From the IMG/VR virus record IMGVR_UViG_3300021164_001199, positions 30,063-94,062 of that record: 64,000 nt of DNA; one strand, given 5' to 3'. Shown here piece after piece: positions 28,966 to 39,353 of the stretch. The notes beneath the pieces were generated by a model. The model worked only from the letters and a program-made list of their open reading frames with translations. It was not told where the DNA came from and did not search any database. Source of the DNA: a virus (Duplodnaviria; Caudoviricetes). Every line of letters starts with the position of its first letter. The first letter of the stretch is position 1. Both the position numbers and the translations under genes were made by a program.

Positions 28966-29097
28966 ATGAAAAAGGGAACAGCAGTAAGTAAATCTATTAA
29001 ATCAAAAGTTAAAAGAAAGGGAGTTCATAGTAAAAACAAGAACTCCCGTTCTAAAAACTCTAAGAATTATGCAAAAAAATATAAAGGTCAAGGTTGA
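28966..29097 (+). CDS. Small highly basic protein (43 aa, ends KKYKGQG); not in the ORF track
   Basis: ATG 6 nt after the preceding stop. MKKGTAVSKSIKSKVKRKGVHSKNKNSRSKNSKNYAKKYKGQG. Confidence 0.7.
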   Translation: MKKGTAVSKSIKSKVKRKGVHSKNKNSRSKNSKNYAKKYKGQG

Positions 29098-29396
29098 ATT
29101 ATAGGTTCTAAATCTAGTAATTTTCTAGAGTTTTCATCATGAGGTTGGAATACTGTAGTATGATATCTTTTAATAGCATGCATAGTATAAATGACAAAAA
29201 ATTCACTTATAGATTTTTCCTCTTTATTTATAACCCTATTAGTGTAATATAATGCTCTTAGATGAGATAATATTTCTTTATCATCATATCCACTAGCTTT
29301 TGACATCATCACTGCTAAGTTAAAATCATCTATTAGTGGTGACATAAACATATCATTAATTGTCACTAAAGATTTAAGGTTTTCATTTTTTTTCAT
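29088..29396 (-). CDS. Hypothetical protein
   Basis: ORF at the end of the minus-strand block, converging on the cargo operon. Confidence 0.55.
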   Translation of the reverse strand: MKKNENLKSLVTINDMFMSPLIDDFNLAVMMSKASGYDDKEILSHLRALYYTNRVINKEEKSISEFFVIYTMHAIKRYHTTVFQPHDENSRKLLDLEPIIQP

Positions 29397-29422
29397 AAAA
29401 AAAGGGGAGTGTTTAGCTCCCC
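29397..29422 (-). terminator. Rho-independent terminator
   Basis: GGGGAG/CTCCCC stem followed by T7 on the minus strand. Confidence 0.7.
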
Positions 29423-29428
29423 GTTGGT

Positions 29429-29656
29429 TTAATCAAAACTAATGTTATTTTCATTCATGATATCACGTAACTTATCTCTAACTTTGACATAAGTATCATA
29501 AGCATCTTCACTAAGTGCATCATTATATTTGATTTCAGATCTTAAGTGTTGATCTAAATCCCATAATGCTAAGTAATAGGAATTTGCTTTTGTTGACATT
29601 GTAAACTCTGCATTGTCATCAGGCAAGTTAAATTCAAGAATTGCTTTCATCTTCAA
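29429..29656 (-). CDS. Hypothetical phage protein
   Basis: MKAILEFNLPDD...; overlaps the upstream gene. Confidence 0.65.
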   Translation of the reverse strand: MKMKAILEFNLPDDNAEFTMSTKANSYYLALWDLDQHLRSEIKYNDALSEDAYDTYVKVRDKLRDIMNENNISFD

Positions 29657-30032
29657 AGAATTGTTTTAAGTTAGGTCTTTCATAAGTTTCAGGCTTTAAT
29701 ATTTTACCATCTTCTCTCCTTCTTACTTTACCATCAGGTTCAAGTTTGGTCATGTTACTTCTATGTATTTCATTAAATACATCTACAATAACATCTTGCA
29801 TACCGTGAGCTATTATAGTACCCAAAAGGATATATAGCTTATCACCTAATGCATCAGCAATTTCAACTAAGTCTTTTTTAGTTGCTCCAACATGATACTC
29901 TTGATTCTCTTCAAACATTAAAGAGAATCTAAGATCAACTTCTTTATTTTCTAAATTAGTTGGTTCTGTATTATATGGAATATCAAAAGCTTCATTGAAT
30001 TCAATTAGTTTATTAATAAGATCCTGTATCAT
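29634..30032 (-). CDS. MazG-like (PRA-PH family) NTP pyrophosphohydrolase
   Basis: EE..E...DLVEIADALGD..Y...FNEIHRSNMTK...DGKILKP. Confidence 0.85.
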   Translation of the reverse strand: MIQDLINKLIEFNEAFDIPYNTEPTNLENKEVDLRFSLMFEENQEYHVGATKKDLVEIADALGDKLYILLGTIIAHGMQDVIVDVFNEIHRSNMTKLEPDGKVRRREDGKILKPETYERPNLKQFFEDESNS

Positions 30033-30390
30033 AAATTAGATTATTGTTATTATTTGTTTCTTTTAATCTTTCAAGCAACATTGCTCTAAGTAATAAGAGA
30101 TAATTAATATTATCTCCTATCTTTTCATCTACATATTCTTGAGTATAATGTCCACGTACTTCTCCACCTATTTCTAGATCTGTGACAATATCTCTAATAC
30201 TAATTATATGTTTTACCATATAGTGCCATAGTACTCCTTCTCTTGTATCACACATTGATACTCCTATACCATTTTCAAAATTAGCAAAAGCATTATACTC
30301 CTTAGAATATTCTTTTCCTTTTTGCTTAAGGGTTTCCATTAAGTGCATTAAAGCATCTTCACTTGATTTTATAAATTCATCTCTTTTCAT
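30013..30390 (-). CDS. All-alpha NTP-pyrophosphatase-like / nucleotide-modification-associated domain protein
   Basis: KGKEYS...FANF...KH...KIGDNINYLLLL pattern. Confidence 0.55.
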   Translation of the reverse strand: MKRDEFIKSSEDALMHLMETLKQKGKEYSKEYNAFANFENGIGVSMCDTREGVLWHYMVKHIISIRDIVTDLEIGGEVRGHYTQEYVDEKIGDNINYLLLLRAMLLERLKETNNNNNLIYDTGSY

Positions 30391-32375
30391 TAGAATAAAG
30401 CTAATTGTTGTTGTTTATAAGTAGGAATTATTTTTGTTATTTCTTCTTCAACTTTACCTAAATAATACAGTTTATCAATATCATATTCACTAAAGTCTTT
30501 GTTAATATCAATCTTATTAAGAAGTGTTTGTTTATTTTCTCCTGCAATAACATTGATGACTCTTTTGTCAATTATATTGTATTTGTAATATTTTTTACCT
30601 TTTTTACTTACTAGTAGTCTTAGAACTTTTTGTTGAGGTACACCTTCATTATCTTGAAAAACCCAATCAGAACCTTTAATTTTGGTACCAATACAGAAAT
30701 CAAAAATATCTTTGTTATTATCTATATACTCATCTGGTTTTATATCCTTGATGAAATAGTTATAAATAGCTTTTGGTATAACTAATGCACTATGATTCTT
30801 ATGTAGAGGAAGATTAAAGAAATCAAGTCTACCTTTACACTTTGTTGCATTATAAAAATATTTATCATCCTTTATAGTAAACTTATAATGAGGATATTCT
30901 ATCATTATTTTGTCATAGTCTTCCTTTGATACTTCTTTGTCTTTTAATACAGCAATATAGTTATTTACATCAGCAATAATCATTTCTTTATATTGATCAT
31001 GTTCTAACTTCAACTTTGTTATTTTTTCCCATTGAGCACAAATTTCAAGATATTTATCTATATACTTTACAGGAATCATTGTTTCTAAACCATCTGTATT
31101 TTGCATGATTGGAAAGCAATGTGGTATTCCCTGGGTTAACATCTCATATAACATGCATAGACTAAGTTGCCCATTCATAGTTATTCTCATTGTAAACTCT
31201 GGATCATATAGAAAACAATCTTTATCATTACTTAAACCATAAGTTGAATTAAGAATAATTTTATATACATAGTTCTTTGGATCTTTTTTAGATAGTTTTC
31301 TACGTTCATCAAAGAACCATTCATATTGCTCACAGAATTCAGCTTTAGGTAAATGAGCAGGAGCCCATTGATTTTGGATAGCTAGATTTGGATAAAATGA
31401 TGTAACATCACTAGTCATAATAACCATTTGTTCATTTGATCTATAAATACCTTTTTCTATGGCACCATGTAAACCACCTAAACCAAATACGGTCTTTACT
31501 CCTTTGTAATTTAAAGTATATTTAAATGCATCTTTAGTTTGTAACGGATCTATTTCTACTTCTTTGAAAGCTTCATGTAGTTCTTGAAATTCTTTAGTTT
31601 CAAATTTAATATAGTCAAGAAGAATATCCTTAACTACAATCTTTTCTCTGAATGTTCTTTGTTTTTTTAACTCTGATTTACTTATTCCTGTTTTCTTTGA
31701 TAAGAAATATAAGAATAATTCCTTTGACATTTTTGGTTCAGAAGCACTGAATAGGTTTATACCATATTCATTAGTAAGAGTCTTCCTTAAATCTATTTGA
31801 TCTTTACTTTGATGTAGTATCCATTTAGTTGCTTTGACATCATTTAAACAATAATCAATGATCATATCTATTTGATCAGATTCAATCCAAGCAGCGTGAT
31901 GTAATGGCATATCTACTATGTTATGCCATTTAGAAGTAAACTCAATCCATTTCAATGAAGATGCTTTAGCTGGGTTATCCCAATGATTAAGTTTAAATAC
32001 ATCTATTTGTCTTATAGATAAATCCTTCTCACTAAAATCAGCAAATCCTTCATCATTTTTCTTCTCAATAATATATTGAGCATATTCATATAGCCAATTT
32101 GCTATTGATTCACCATTTTCTTCATCATACAAAACTTCTTGATTATGAAGCAAGTACTGAGTAATCTGAGAGTCAAAAGCTAAACCATTATATGAGATAT
32201 GCCATTCATTATTTGAAGCATTTTGATTTAAGAAATTAAGTAGTTCTTTAATTTGATTTTTACTTTTATGAACTACAAATACCTTAGTTTCTTCTGTCTT
32301 ATAATGTTCAAAGCATCCTATGAAGCAATTAATTATCGTCTCATAATCCATTACATAATGATTCATCATATACAA
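30390..32375 (-). CDS. Family B DNA polymerase with 3'-5' exonuclease (true start probably ATG at 32369 or 32366)
   Basis: Exonuclease motifs DYET, YNGLAFD, YCLNDV. Polymerase motifs SDVTSFYPN, KIILNSTYG, NTDG. Confidence 0.92.
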   Translation of the reverse strand: MYMMNHYVMDYETIINCFIGCFEHYKTEETKVFVVHKSKNQIKELLNFLNQNASNNEWHISYNGLAFDSQITQYLLHNQEVLYDEENGESIANWLYEYAQYIIEKKNDEGFADFSEKDLSIRQIDVFKLNHWDNPAKASSLKWIEFTSKWHNIVDMPLHHAAWIESDQIDMIIDYCLNDVKATKWILHQSKDQIDLRKTLTNEYGINLFSASEPKMSKELFLYFLSKKTGISKSELKKQRTFREKIVVKDILLDYIKFETKEFQELHEAFKEVEIDPLQTKDAFKYTLNYKGVKTVFGLGGLHGAIEKGIYRSNEQMVIMTSDVTSFYPNLAIQNQWAPAHLPKAEFCEQYEWFFDERRKLSKKDPKNYVYKIILNSTYGLSNDKDCFLYDPEFTMRITMNGQLSLCMLYEMLTQGIPHCFPIMQNTDGLETMIPVKYIDKYLEICAQWEKITKLKLEHDQYKEMIIADVNNYIAVLKDKEVSKEDYDKIMIEYPHYKFTIKDDKYFYNATKCKGRLDFFNLPLHKNHSALVIPKAIYNYFIKDIKPDEYIDNNKDIFDFCIGTKIKGSDWVFQDNEGVPQQKVLRLLVSKKGKKYYKYNIIDKRVINVIAGENKQTLLNKIDINKDFSEYDIDKLYYLGKVEEEITKIIPTYKQQQLALF

Positions 32376-32386
32376 TTTTAAAAAAC

Positions 32387-32410
32387 AAAAAAAGGGGAAT
32401 TACCCCCTTT
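32387..32410 (-). terminator. Rho-independent terminator-like hairpin
   Basis: AAAGGGG/CCCCTTT stem with a T-tract on the minus strand. Confidence 0.6.
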
Positions 32411-32430
32411 CCTTGTTAATAGTAATAAAA

Positions 32431-32811
32431 TTAAGCTAGAACGGCTTGAGTCTCAAAATACTTATTAGAATTAAAAGTATCATAGTTAATACTAAACATT
32501 TCTAAAAAACTTTTAATCTCAGCTTTGTCTGTAATATAATATTCGTGAAATGTTTGAATAGTTTTTCTTTCCTCACGGTAAGGTTTACCATTCATTCTAG
32601 GTTTACCTTTACCAACTGGTACTGGATCACCATTTTCATCTACACGTGGAATCATGTGAAATGATTCTTTAGATTCTTTTAGAAACAGAACTAATACTTT
32701 AGTTTCTGTATCAAAGATTCCTTCTACATATGGGCAATCTCCTGTTATAGGTATCATCCTAAAGGCTTCACGCCCTTCCCATTCGGATGAAATCATTAGC
32801 ATATTCTTCAT
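32431..32811 (-). CDS. Hypothetical protein
   Basis: 126-aa ORF with its own putative promoter and terminator. Confidence 0.65.
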   Translation of the reverse strand: MKNMLMISSEWEGREAFRMIPITGDCPYVEGIFDTETKVLVLFLKESKESFHMIPRVDENGDPVPVGKGKPRMNGKPYREERKTIQTFHEYYITDKAEIKSFLEMFSINYDTFNSNKYFETQAVLA

Positions 32812-32825
32812 TATTTTGGTTTTTA

Positions 32826-32833
32826 CAAAGATA
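32826..32833 (-). promoter_or_regulatory. Bacteroidota primary-sigma -7 element (TATCTTTG)
   Basis: Matches TAnnTTTG; intergenic, just upstream of the ATG at 32811. Confidence 0.55.
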
Positions 32834-32839
32834 CATAAG

Positions 32840-33409
32840 TTATTTTGTTAAATCCAATTCTAGAAGTTCTAATTTAAGATCTTCTTTTTCAAAATCAGGT
32901 TTTTCACAAAGTTCTCCAACTTCAACTAAAGCTGCTTTCACAGTTTTAAAATCATCAGATGATAATATTTCAGCATATTTGTCTATATACTTATCAGGAT
33001 ACAGATAACTATCTATATACTCCTGGTGTGTTTTAGACTGCTTAAAGAAACTTAAAACATTTTGTTTATAGTCTTCATTAAATTTTGAATATTTACCTTC
33101 AACAAAGGCAGAAAATTCATACTTATATAAACTAAGATCAAAGATATAAACTGCTTTTTCTTCTCCTACATATTGAAAATCATCAAATTTAGGATTAGCA
33201 AATAGTTTTATCTTCTCAAATGTTTTAAATTCTTGATCTTGCCTAATATGATATAGGCAAATCAATTTATTATCATCTACACTATAATGATCTTTCCAAG
33301 AAATATAAGTTTCTATTGGAGTAACACTACTACCACGCTTTATGTCTAAAGCTGGATATAAGAAAATTCTTGATTTTTGTATGTATTCAATATACAACTG
33401 TTTAATCAT
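32840..33409 (-). CDS. Hypothetical protein of the replication block
   Basis: 189-aa ORF. Confidence 0.65.
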   Translation of the reverse strand: MIKQLYIEYIQKSRIFLYPALDIKRGSSVTPIETYISWKDHYSVDDNKLICLYHIRQDQEFKTFEKIKLFANPKFDDFQYVGEEKAVYIFDLSLYKYEFSAFVEGKYSKFNEDYKQNVLSFFKQSKTHQEYIDSYLYPDKYIDKYAEILSSDDFKTVKAALVEVGELCEKPDFEKEDLKLELLELDLTK

Positions 33410-33421
33410 AAGATTAATATT

Positions 33422-34420
33422 TTACAAAGTTACATTCCCCATAGCGAATCTATAGGGTAAAGTGAAATCACCACTATTAAGGTGGTATTTTGCTTCTTCA
33501 ACTCTTTGTATAAACTTAGATGTCCATAACTCCATTGTTTCATTTGACACTGGAAAGCAATATACTTGCTCATAAGTATCATAAACTATGAAATTAAATT
33601 CAATGGTCCAAAGTTCTTGGTCTTTGAATCTAGATAATATTTGGTTTTTAACTAATTTGTAATATATAGCAGCTTGGAGCCAATAGTTATAATACTGAAC
33701 TGTTTCTTCAAAATCTACTATAGATTTACCTGTGGTTTTTAAATCATTAATTCTTACAACTTTGTTTTGATAATCTATAACTAAATTATCTAATACACCT
33801 TTGAATCCAAAATCTTGTTCTTTATCAAAATACTTAAGCTCAATCTCATTAAAGCATTCTAATAGTTCCCAGGAACTTTGTGTAACTAATTTGCTTGATA
33901 CTACTTTGTCTTCTTTAATTCTCTCAACACCTTTAACACACTTGTTATAAGTTTCTTGAGATACTAAAATCTTTGAATCTTTAATCTTTAGGAATTCAAA
34001 ATAACTTTGATTTTCACTTGTATTTATTTTATCTAGTCTTTGTTGATCTGTCTTTAATGTTTGATATAAATTAATTTGTTTTAAATAAAAGAGTATGCTA
34101 TCACTAAAATCACTTAGTTGTGAATTAAGACTAACATCTTCTTCTTTGTAAATAGAATCAATTAATTCTTTAATATTTGGATTAGGAATCTTTGAGGGAG
34201 TGATGATAAAATTATCATCAAACTTATCTTTTTCTAATAGTAAAGCATGAATTAACTTACCTTCAATCAAAAAACTTTCTGGTTTTTCTTCTCTTTGGTT
34301 TAAGATGTAATGAGCATAAAATACTCTTGGTGAAAAACTTAGCTTATTCAGACTTGAATAACTGAAGAAAAAAGGAGTCTTTACAAACTCCTTCTCTTCT
34401 ACGCTTCTTGGTTCAAACAT
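33422..34420 (-). CDS. PD-(D/E)XK exonuclease (RecE/Cas4-like)
   Basis: SYSSL...GKLIHALLLE...FKGVLD...DLKTT...YWLQAAIY. Confidence 0.85.
   Translation of the reverse strand: MFEPRSVEEKEFVKTPFFFSYSSLNKLSFSPRVFYAHYILNQREEKPESFLIEGKLIHALLLEKDKFDDNFIITPSKIPNPNIKELIDSIYKEEDVSLNSQLSDFSDSILFYLKQINLYQTLKTDQQRLDKINTSENQSYFEFLKIKDSKILVSQETYNKCVKGVERIKEDKVVSSKLVTQSSWELLECFNEIELKYFDKEQDFGFKGVLDNLVIDYQNKVVRINDLKTTGKSIVDFEETVQYYNYWLQAAIYYKLVKNQILSRFKDQELWTIEFNFIVYDTYEQVYCFPVSNETMELWTSKFIQRVEEAKYHLNSGDFTLPYRFAMGNVTL
33425..33432 (-). promoter_or_regulatory. Possible Bacteroidota -7 element (TAACTTTG) in the last codons of the nuclease gene
   Basis: Matches TAnnTTTG about 16 nt upstream of the ATG at 33409, nearly the same spacing as the 32826 site. 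Confidence 0.4.
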
Positions 34421-35544
34421 TCTTCTTCTATTTCATTGTTTAATTCATCAGGTTCTATATCAATTTCAGCAACTATATTGAAATTAAAAGCCTTAAAATC
34501 AATATTCTTAAATCTCCAATCACCTAGGTAACTTATAATTTCATCACGATATAGTTCATTCATTATATCATAGTTGTATTGTGTAAATACATTTTTAGAT
34601 TTTAAGAAATCAATTATAAGATCTAAAGTTATTTTACTATACTTATTTACACCATAATACTCAATCATTGACTTGAAATTAACATGATTCCTAGATTTAG
34701 CATAAGCCATACGTGAACCATAATACTCTCTAAGTAATAGAAAGTTATATAAAGCAGATTTATCTAAATCTGAATTAGCCATAATTTCCATAGCTACAGT
34801 CCAATCAGATTCTTGATTACTTTGAAGTAATTTTTCAATACTTTCATACATCTCCTTATTAATAACATTATCACTATTGATTTTAGATAATATTAGTTCT
34901 TGATTAATAAGTTTAATGTTTGGATTAAATACTAATTCAAAAGTTTTTCTATCATCAATATGTATAATTCTTTGAGAACCTGACAACTCTTTCTTAAAGT
35001 CTGCTCCATGAGATAAAAAACCAATGTTTTGAAGCATTAATATACATTTCTCTAATAAACATCTAGTTGGATAACTTATCAGTATTTTATCTTTGTATTC
35101 AGCATCTGCTAATTTTTGCTTAATTAATAATACATCAGAAGCTGTAAACATTTTACTATTGTCAAGTATATTCATTAACAACTCATTAGTAACTGTATAA
35201 TTCCAATTATATGATATTAAATTATCTATAGACTTTTTTGAAAATACAACATAATTAGCTTTATTTGGATCTCTAATTACTTTCATATTGTTAGTTTCAC
35301 AATATGTTTTAAATTTACCTCTTGGTACTGAACAGTTTGGAGTAAAATAAAATTTATCTTTTTCTACAAAACTAACATCTACCTTTCTTTTTTCTATTTC
35401 CTTAAAGAAATAATCTGAATAATTACTTATATGATCAGGTAACTTTGTTACATTTTGTAACTCAACAGTTCTAATATATGGTTCCATTATACCAGTACCT
35501 CTACCATTATCATTCATATCTAAATAAACAACACTTTTTACCAT
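34399..35544 (-). CDS. Hypothetical protein associated with the AAA/VWA pair (possible BRCT-like N-terminal segment)
   Basis: 381-aa ORF. FYF...K...KVIRDPNKANYVVF weakly resembles BRCT. Confidence 0.55.
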   Translation of the reverse strand: MVKSVVYLDMNDNGRGTGIMEPYIRTVELQNVTKLPDHISNYSDYFFKEIEKRKVDVSFVEKDKFYFTPNCSVPRGKFKTYCETNNMKVIRDPNKANYVVFSKKSIDNLISYNWNYTVTNELLMNILDNSKMFTASDVLLIKQKLADAEYKDKILISYPTRCLLEKCILMLQNIGFLSHGADFKKELSGSQRIIHIDDRKTFELVFNPNIKLINQELILSKINSDNVINKEMYESIEKLLQSNQESDWTVAMEIMANSDLDKSALYNFLLLREYYGSRMAYAKSRNHVNFKSMIEYYGVNKYSKITLDLIIDFLKSKNVFTQYNYDIMNELYRDEIISYLGDWRFKNIDFKAFNFNIVAEIDIEPDELNNEIEEECLNQEA

Positions 35545-35559
35545 TTTTAATAAAGTTAT

Positions 35560-35577
35560 GGGGGGATAAATCCCCCC
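35560..35577 (-). terminator. GC-rich hairpin (terminator or processing site)
   Basis: GGGGGGA/TCCCCCC stem just after the AAA gene stop; weak U-tract. Confidence 0.45.
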
Positions 35578-35587
35578 TGTTAAATAC

Positions 35588-36757
35588 TTATTTTACTGAC
35601 ATTTGAATTACTTTAGGATCCATCATAAGTTTACTAAACTTAGATTTATTCCCATTAAGTATAGTTCTAATTACATAGTAATTTAGATCTGTACCAAAGA
35701 TTTCATCTGTAACTAACATTGATATTCTACTAATCATAGGATCAGGAATACTATTAGTAGTTGCATAATTCAAACTAAAATTTACAAGTCTTGTTGCTAG
35801 AGTACTAGCAATATCTGCTCTATAGCTATTGTTTTCTCCAATTACACCATTAAGTACACCTTTTACATACTTCTCATCTTTTGTAAGCATGTCTTGTGGT
35901 GTTATCAATTTATCTAGTTTATTATTAATAAACAAAGTAAACAAACTTGCGAACTCACTTCCAACACTACCCTCACCAATATTTTGAATAAGATTTAGTT
36001 TATCTTCAAATACTGGAATAGAACTAATAGCATTAAAGAATGTTGTAATACTTCTAGCATTAGTTTGTGTTGTTACTAGCTCAGGATGCATCAATAAGAA
36101 ATTAATACATCTAGTATCTAGTTTGTTTGCTTCTGCCCAACGTGCCCATACTTTAATATCAAACTTAAGATTAGCTGTGATATATCTAGTTCTTTGTGCA
36201 TTATCTGTTGAGTTTACTAAATAATCTCCATTGTCTGGATTACTAGTTAAGATAATATGCCAATCTTGTGGTAATTTCCAAGAGATATATTGTTGTCTAT
36301 CAATCAATTCCATAACTGCTTGAATAAACCTTACATCTGCACGGTTCCAGTCATCAAGAATTAATATACCACCTTCTGTTTTATCTGCAATCCATTCTGG
36401 TGGACAGTAAGACATTCTCTTTAGTCCTGTAAACTGATAACCTCTACGTGTATAATCTTCTACAGCATGCTCATCAGCCCACATACATTCACCATCTTTA
36501 CAAACTTCAAATTGTCTAATAGGAAAACCTACTAAGTCACCTAATTCTTCTATCTGTGCTAAGTTAATCTTTACACAATTAAAACTTAGTTCATCTGCAA
36601 TCTGTAGAATAGCTGATGTTTTACCAATACCAGAATCACCCATTACTTCTACAGCAACAGAAGGTTTACCTTGTGCTTGTAAATATCTATTATTCTCTAC
36701 AATATGTTTTACAAAGTCTTTAACTTCGTCAATATTTAAGTTTACTTCTTTAGCCAT
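35588..36757 (-). CDS. MoxR-like AAA+ ATPase
   Basis: Walker A GDSGIGKT, DLVGFP, Walker B ILILDDWNRA, LTSNP, RS. Confidence 0.88.
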   Translation of the reverse strand: MAKEVNLNIDEVKDFVKHIVENNRYLQAQGKPSVAVEVMGDSGIGKTSAILQIADELSFNCVKINLAQIEELGDLVGFPIRQFEVCKDGECMWADEHAVEDYTRRGYQFTGLKRMSYCPPEWIADKTEGGILILDDWNRADVRFIQAVMELIDRQQYISWKLPQDWHIILTSNPDNGDYLVNSTDNAQRTRYITANLKFDIKVWARWAEANKLDTRCINFLLMHPELVTTQTNARSITTFFNAISSIPVFEDKLNLIQNIGEGSVGSEFASLFTLFINNKLDKLITPQDMLTKDEKYVKGVLNGVIGENNSYRADIASTLATRLVNFSLNYATTNSIPDPMISRISMLVTDEIFGTDLNYYVIRTILNGNKSKFSKLMMDPKVIQMSVK

Positions 36758-36758
36758 T

Positions 36759-37922
36759 TTAATTTAGTTTTATAGTATTACCTGGTAAGTTTTCACTGTC
36801 TTTTGATTGGGAAGACAATACCCATAAACATCTACCTCTTGGTACTAATTGAGTACTACATTCACCATCAGTAAAATAGATTAGTGAACAATATTTTTTA
36901 TTATGATTATACATATCAATTACTGGGTCAAATGAGGTACCACCTCTACCATGTAATTTTATTTCCTTTCTAGGATTATAAGCTTCAATTGAACTAATAG
37001 CAGTATCACATTGTACTAATGTTATTTCTGTACCAGTCTTATGAATGTGTGTTATTTCCTGAAAGAATTCTATAAGTTCATTTTGTGAAACTGAACCAGA
37101 TGTATCTACAGCAACAAGAATATGTTTTTTAGGCTTAATTTTTAAACCAGGACTATCTTCATATCTCTTATTATATTTTCTTCTTAGTTTCTTAGTATAA
37201 GTTTTAGTGGAACCTCCAGCAAATCTTCTAAGATAACCTTTCCAATCAAACTTAGGTTCTTCTTTTGCATTTATTAAATCTAACAAAGTAGATATCTCAC
37301 CAGGAAGATTACCTTTTGCTTTTTTAATTTGTTCAGCAACCTCATTCATTAAATGATTAGTTTGCTTTTCAATTAACTTTTTAGTTGACTCATCTAACTC
37401 ATCAAACTCATTCCATGTAGCATGGTTAGTAGGATGACCTGGATCCATACCCATTTCATCTAATAAATCACTTAACTCTTTTGATTTATTATTTTGAGCA
37501 GCATTAAGAAGAATGGTATAATAAGTCTTGGTACCTTCTTTAATTCCTAATTTTAAATCAGGAAAACTAGATGGTAATAATGCACCTTCTGGTAATTGAT
37601 GTGAATCTATATATTGATTAATTTCAATATCTGCAGCAATATTAAATATTTTATGATCATTTAAAATATCTCTAAGAGACAAATGATGAAAACAGATATG
37701 TAATAACTCATGCTTTAATAATCCAATCTTATGATCTTCAGATAAACTATTCCAGAACTCTGGATTTATTGCTAACTGAAAGTTTATATTGTTTCTTGAT
37801 ACACCTGCAGTAGGTAAATCTTTTCTCCATACTTTGTTAAGCATAATGAGAAAAAGCCCGTAATAGGGCTCTTTTAACATTAATGACTTAGCAATTTTTT
37901 CTAAATTTTCATTGTTTGTCAT
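36759..37922 (-). CDS. Metallopeptidase-like plus VWA domain protein (DUF2201 type)
   Basis: HELLH...NIAADIEIN. MIDAS DTSGS, GRGGTSF, YFTDG. Confidence 0.88.
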   Translation of the reverse strand: MTNNENLEKIAKSLMLKEPYYGLFLIMLNKVWRKDLPTAGVSRNNINFQLAINPEFWNSLSEDHKIGLLKHELLHICFHHLSLRDILNDHKIFNIAADIEINQYIDSHQLPEGALLPSSFPDLKLGIKEGTKTYYTILLNAAQNNKSKELSDLLDEMGMDPGHPTNHATWNEFDELDESTKKLIEKQTNHLMNEVAEQIKKAKGNLPGEISTLLDLINAKEEPKFDWKGYLRRFAGGSTKTYTKKLRRKYNKRYEDSPGLKIKPKKHILVAVDTSGSVSQNELIEFFQEITHIHKTGTEITLVQCDTAISSIEAYNPRKEIKLHGRGGTSFDPVIDMYNHNKKYCSLIYFTDGECSTQLVPRGRCLWVLSSQSKDSENLPGNTIKLN

Positions 37923-38343
37923 GGGGTTTCTGTTTATAAAATCTACCTAGTATATTACCATTTAACCATTCATTTGATTCAAGTACCTCATTTACAAATT
38001 GGTACTTAGTTTCATAGTAAGATAATTCAGTTTTAGAATAACATATCCTAAGTATTTCTCGCTTTATTGGGCAACCTTCTTTATGTAAATTCTTCAATAA
38101 AAAGTTACTACTATAGTAATTTTCATAAGTCATCTTTCTAACTCTAGTGTAAGTTTTCTTACGTTTATCTTTAGGAAGATTTTTCTTAAGAATTTTTGCT
38201 TTAGCATCAGTAAAAAAATTCTTTCTACCAATATAACTAACTACTTTACCTTCATATGTTGTATCCATTCTATATATGAACCCAATTGCATCATCAGGTA
38301 TCATTTCATCAGTAAATTTAACTCCTTTGTATATCCAACTCAT
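37909..38343 (-). CDS. GIY-YIG-like nuclease
   Basis: GFIYRM...YIGRK...YYSS...REIL...E...N.NI. Confidence 0.7.
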   Translation of the reverse strand: MSWIYKGVKFTDEMIPDDAIGFIYRMDTTYEGKVVSYIGRKNFFTDAKAKILKKNLPKDKRKKTYTRVRKMTYENYYSSNFLLKNLHKEGCPIKREILRICYSKTELSYYETKYQFVNEVLESNEWLNGNILGRFYKQKPHDKQ

Positions 38344-39293
38344 TTTACAATATTTTTTAATAGGTTATATATATTTGTTTTAACTATATCGGGCCCATAA
38401 TCTTTTACAGAATCTGATATATCTTTTGATAAGTCTAAATTAGCATAAGGAAGATTGTATAAACTATTATATTTAAGCATAGCCCTTAATCCTGCATCAT
38501 CATTATCAAGTATAGTTATTATTTTTTGGTACTTTGTTTTTAACAACTCTATTACATCTTGTTGAATAATTGTATTCTCACTTGCTGGTGCTATAAATTC
38601 TACTGATAAACCTAAACTATTAAGAGACATACCATCTTTTAATGATGATACTATAACCAAATACTTATGTTTAAATTCCAATTGATCATAACCTTGAATA
38701 TGAGACTTAAATGATAGAAACTTATTGTCTTGATTATAAGGTTGATACATTTTATATATTTCACCATTACTATCAAAATAACCATATATCATTCTACCTC
38801 TTAAGTCTATTATCTTATCACCTTTTCTTAAGATGATATCACAAGGTTTAACATTATATAGTTCTAACAACTTAGAACCTATGTTATACTTAGACCAGAA
38901 CTTAGCATCACGTTGTGTCCAGGGTTTAATTTCATAACTATCAACTACTGTTTTATCTTTAGCTTTGAAACTTTGTTTGACATATTTTTTTCCATTACAA
39001 TGATAAGACTTGTAATCACTTATGATCTTGCTTATCGTTTCTCCATATGTTAACCCATGTAATTTTTCAACTAAGTTAATAGCTGTACCTCCATTACCAG
39101 AAGAAAAGTCTTTATAGAAATATCTACCATCTTTATGGAAGATCTTCATTGAAGGAGTTTTCTCATTTGGTTTAAATAGAGATTTTAGGGTTATATCTTC
39201 TCCCAACAAACCACCTGATAAACCTGCATAAAACTCAAATATCCAGCTTTCTGGAACATCATTAATTGAAAATAAATCTTTGGTTGAGAGCAT
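38340..39293 (-). CDS. DNA primase (TOPRIM)
   Basis: EKTPSM...YKDFSSG N-terminal domain, SSLKD, LDNDDAG, KDISD. Confidence 0.85.
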   Translation of the reverse strand: MLSTKDLFSINDVPESWIFEFYAGLSGGLLGEDITLKSLFKPNEKTPSMKIFHKDGRYFYKDFSSGNGGTAINLVEKLHGLTYGETISKIISDYKSYHCNGKKYVKQSFKAKDKTVVDSYEIKPWTQRDAKFWSKYNIGSKLLELYNVKPCDIILRKGDKIIDLRGRMIYGYFDSNGEIYKMYQPYNQDNKFLSFKSHIQGYDQLEFKHKYLVIVSSLKDGMSLNSLGLSVEFIAPASENTIIQQDVIELLKTKYQKIITILDNDDAGLRAMLKYNSLYNLPYANLDLSKDISDSVKDYGPDIVKTNIYNLLKNIVK

Positions 39294-39300
39294 AATATTA

Positions 39301-39331
39301 AAATAAAAAGGGCGAGTATTACTACTCGCCC
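39301..39331 (-). terminator. Rho-independent terminator
   Basis: GGGCGAGTA/TACTCGCCC 9-bp stem followed by TTTTTATTT on the minus strand. Confidence 0.8.
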
Positions 39332-39353
39332 AAATTTATAAAAAATTTAATAA

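Noticed and set aside
9236-32375. Introns or inteins in the vRNAP or PolB
   Set aside because: The ORFs are uninterrupted, and no intein C/S...HN junctions or LAGLIDADG motifs were seen. The vRNAP inserts lie outside the catalytic core.
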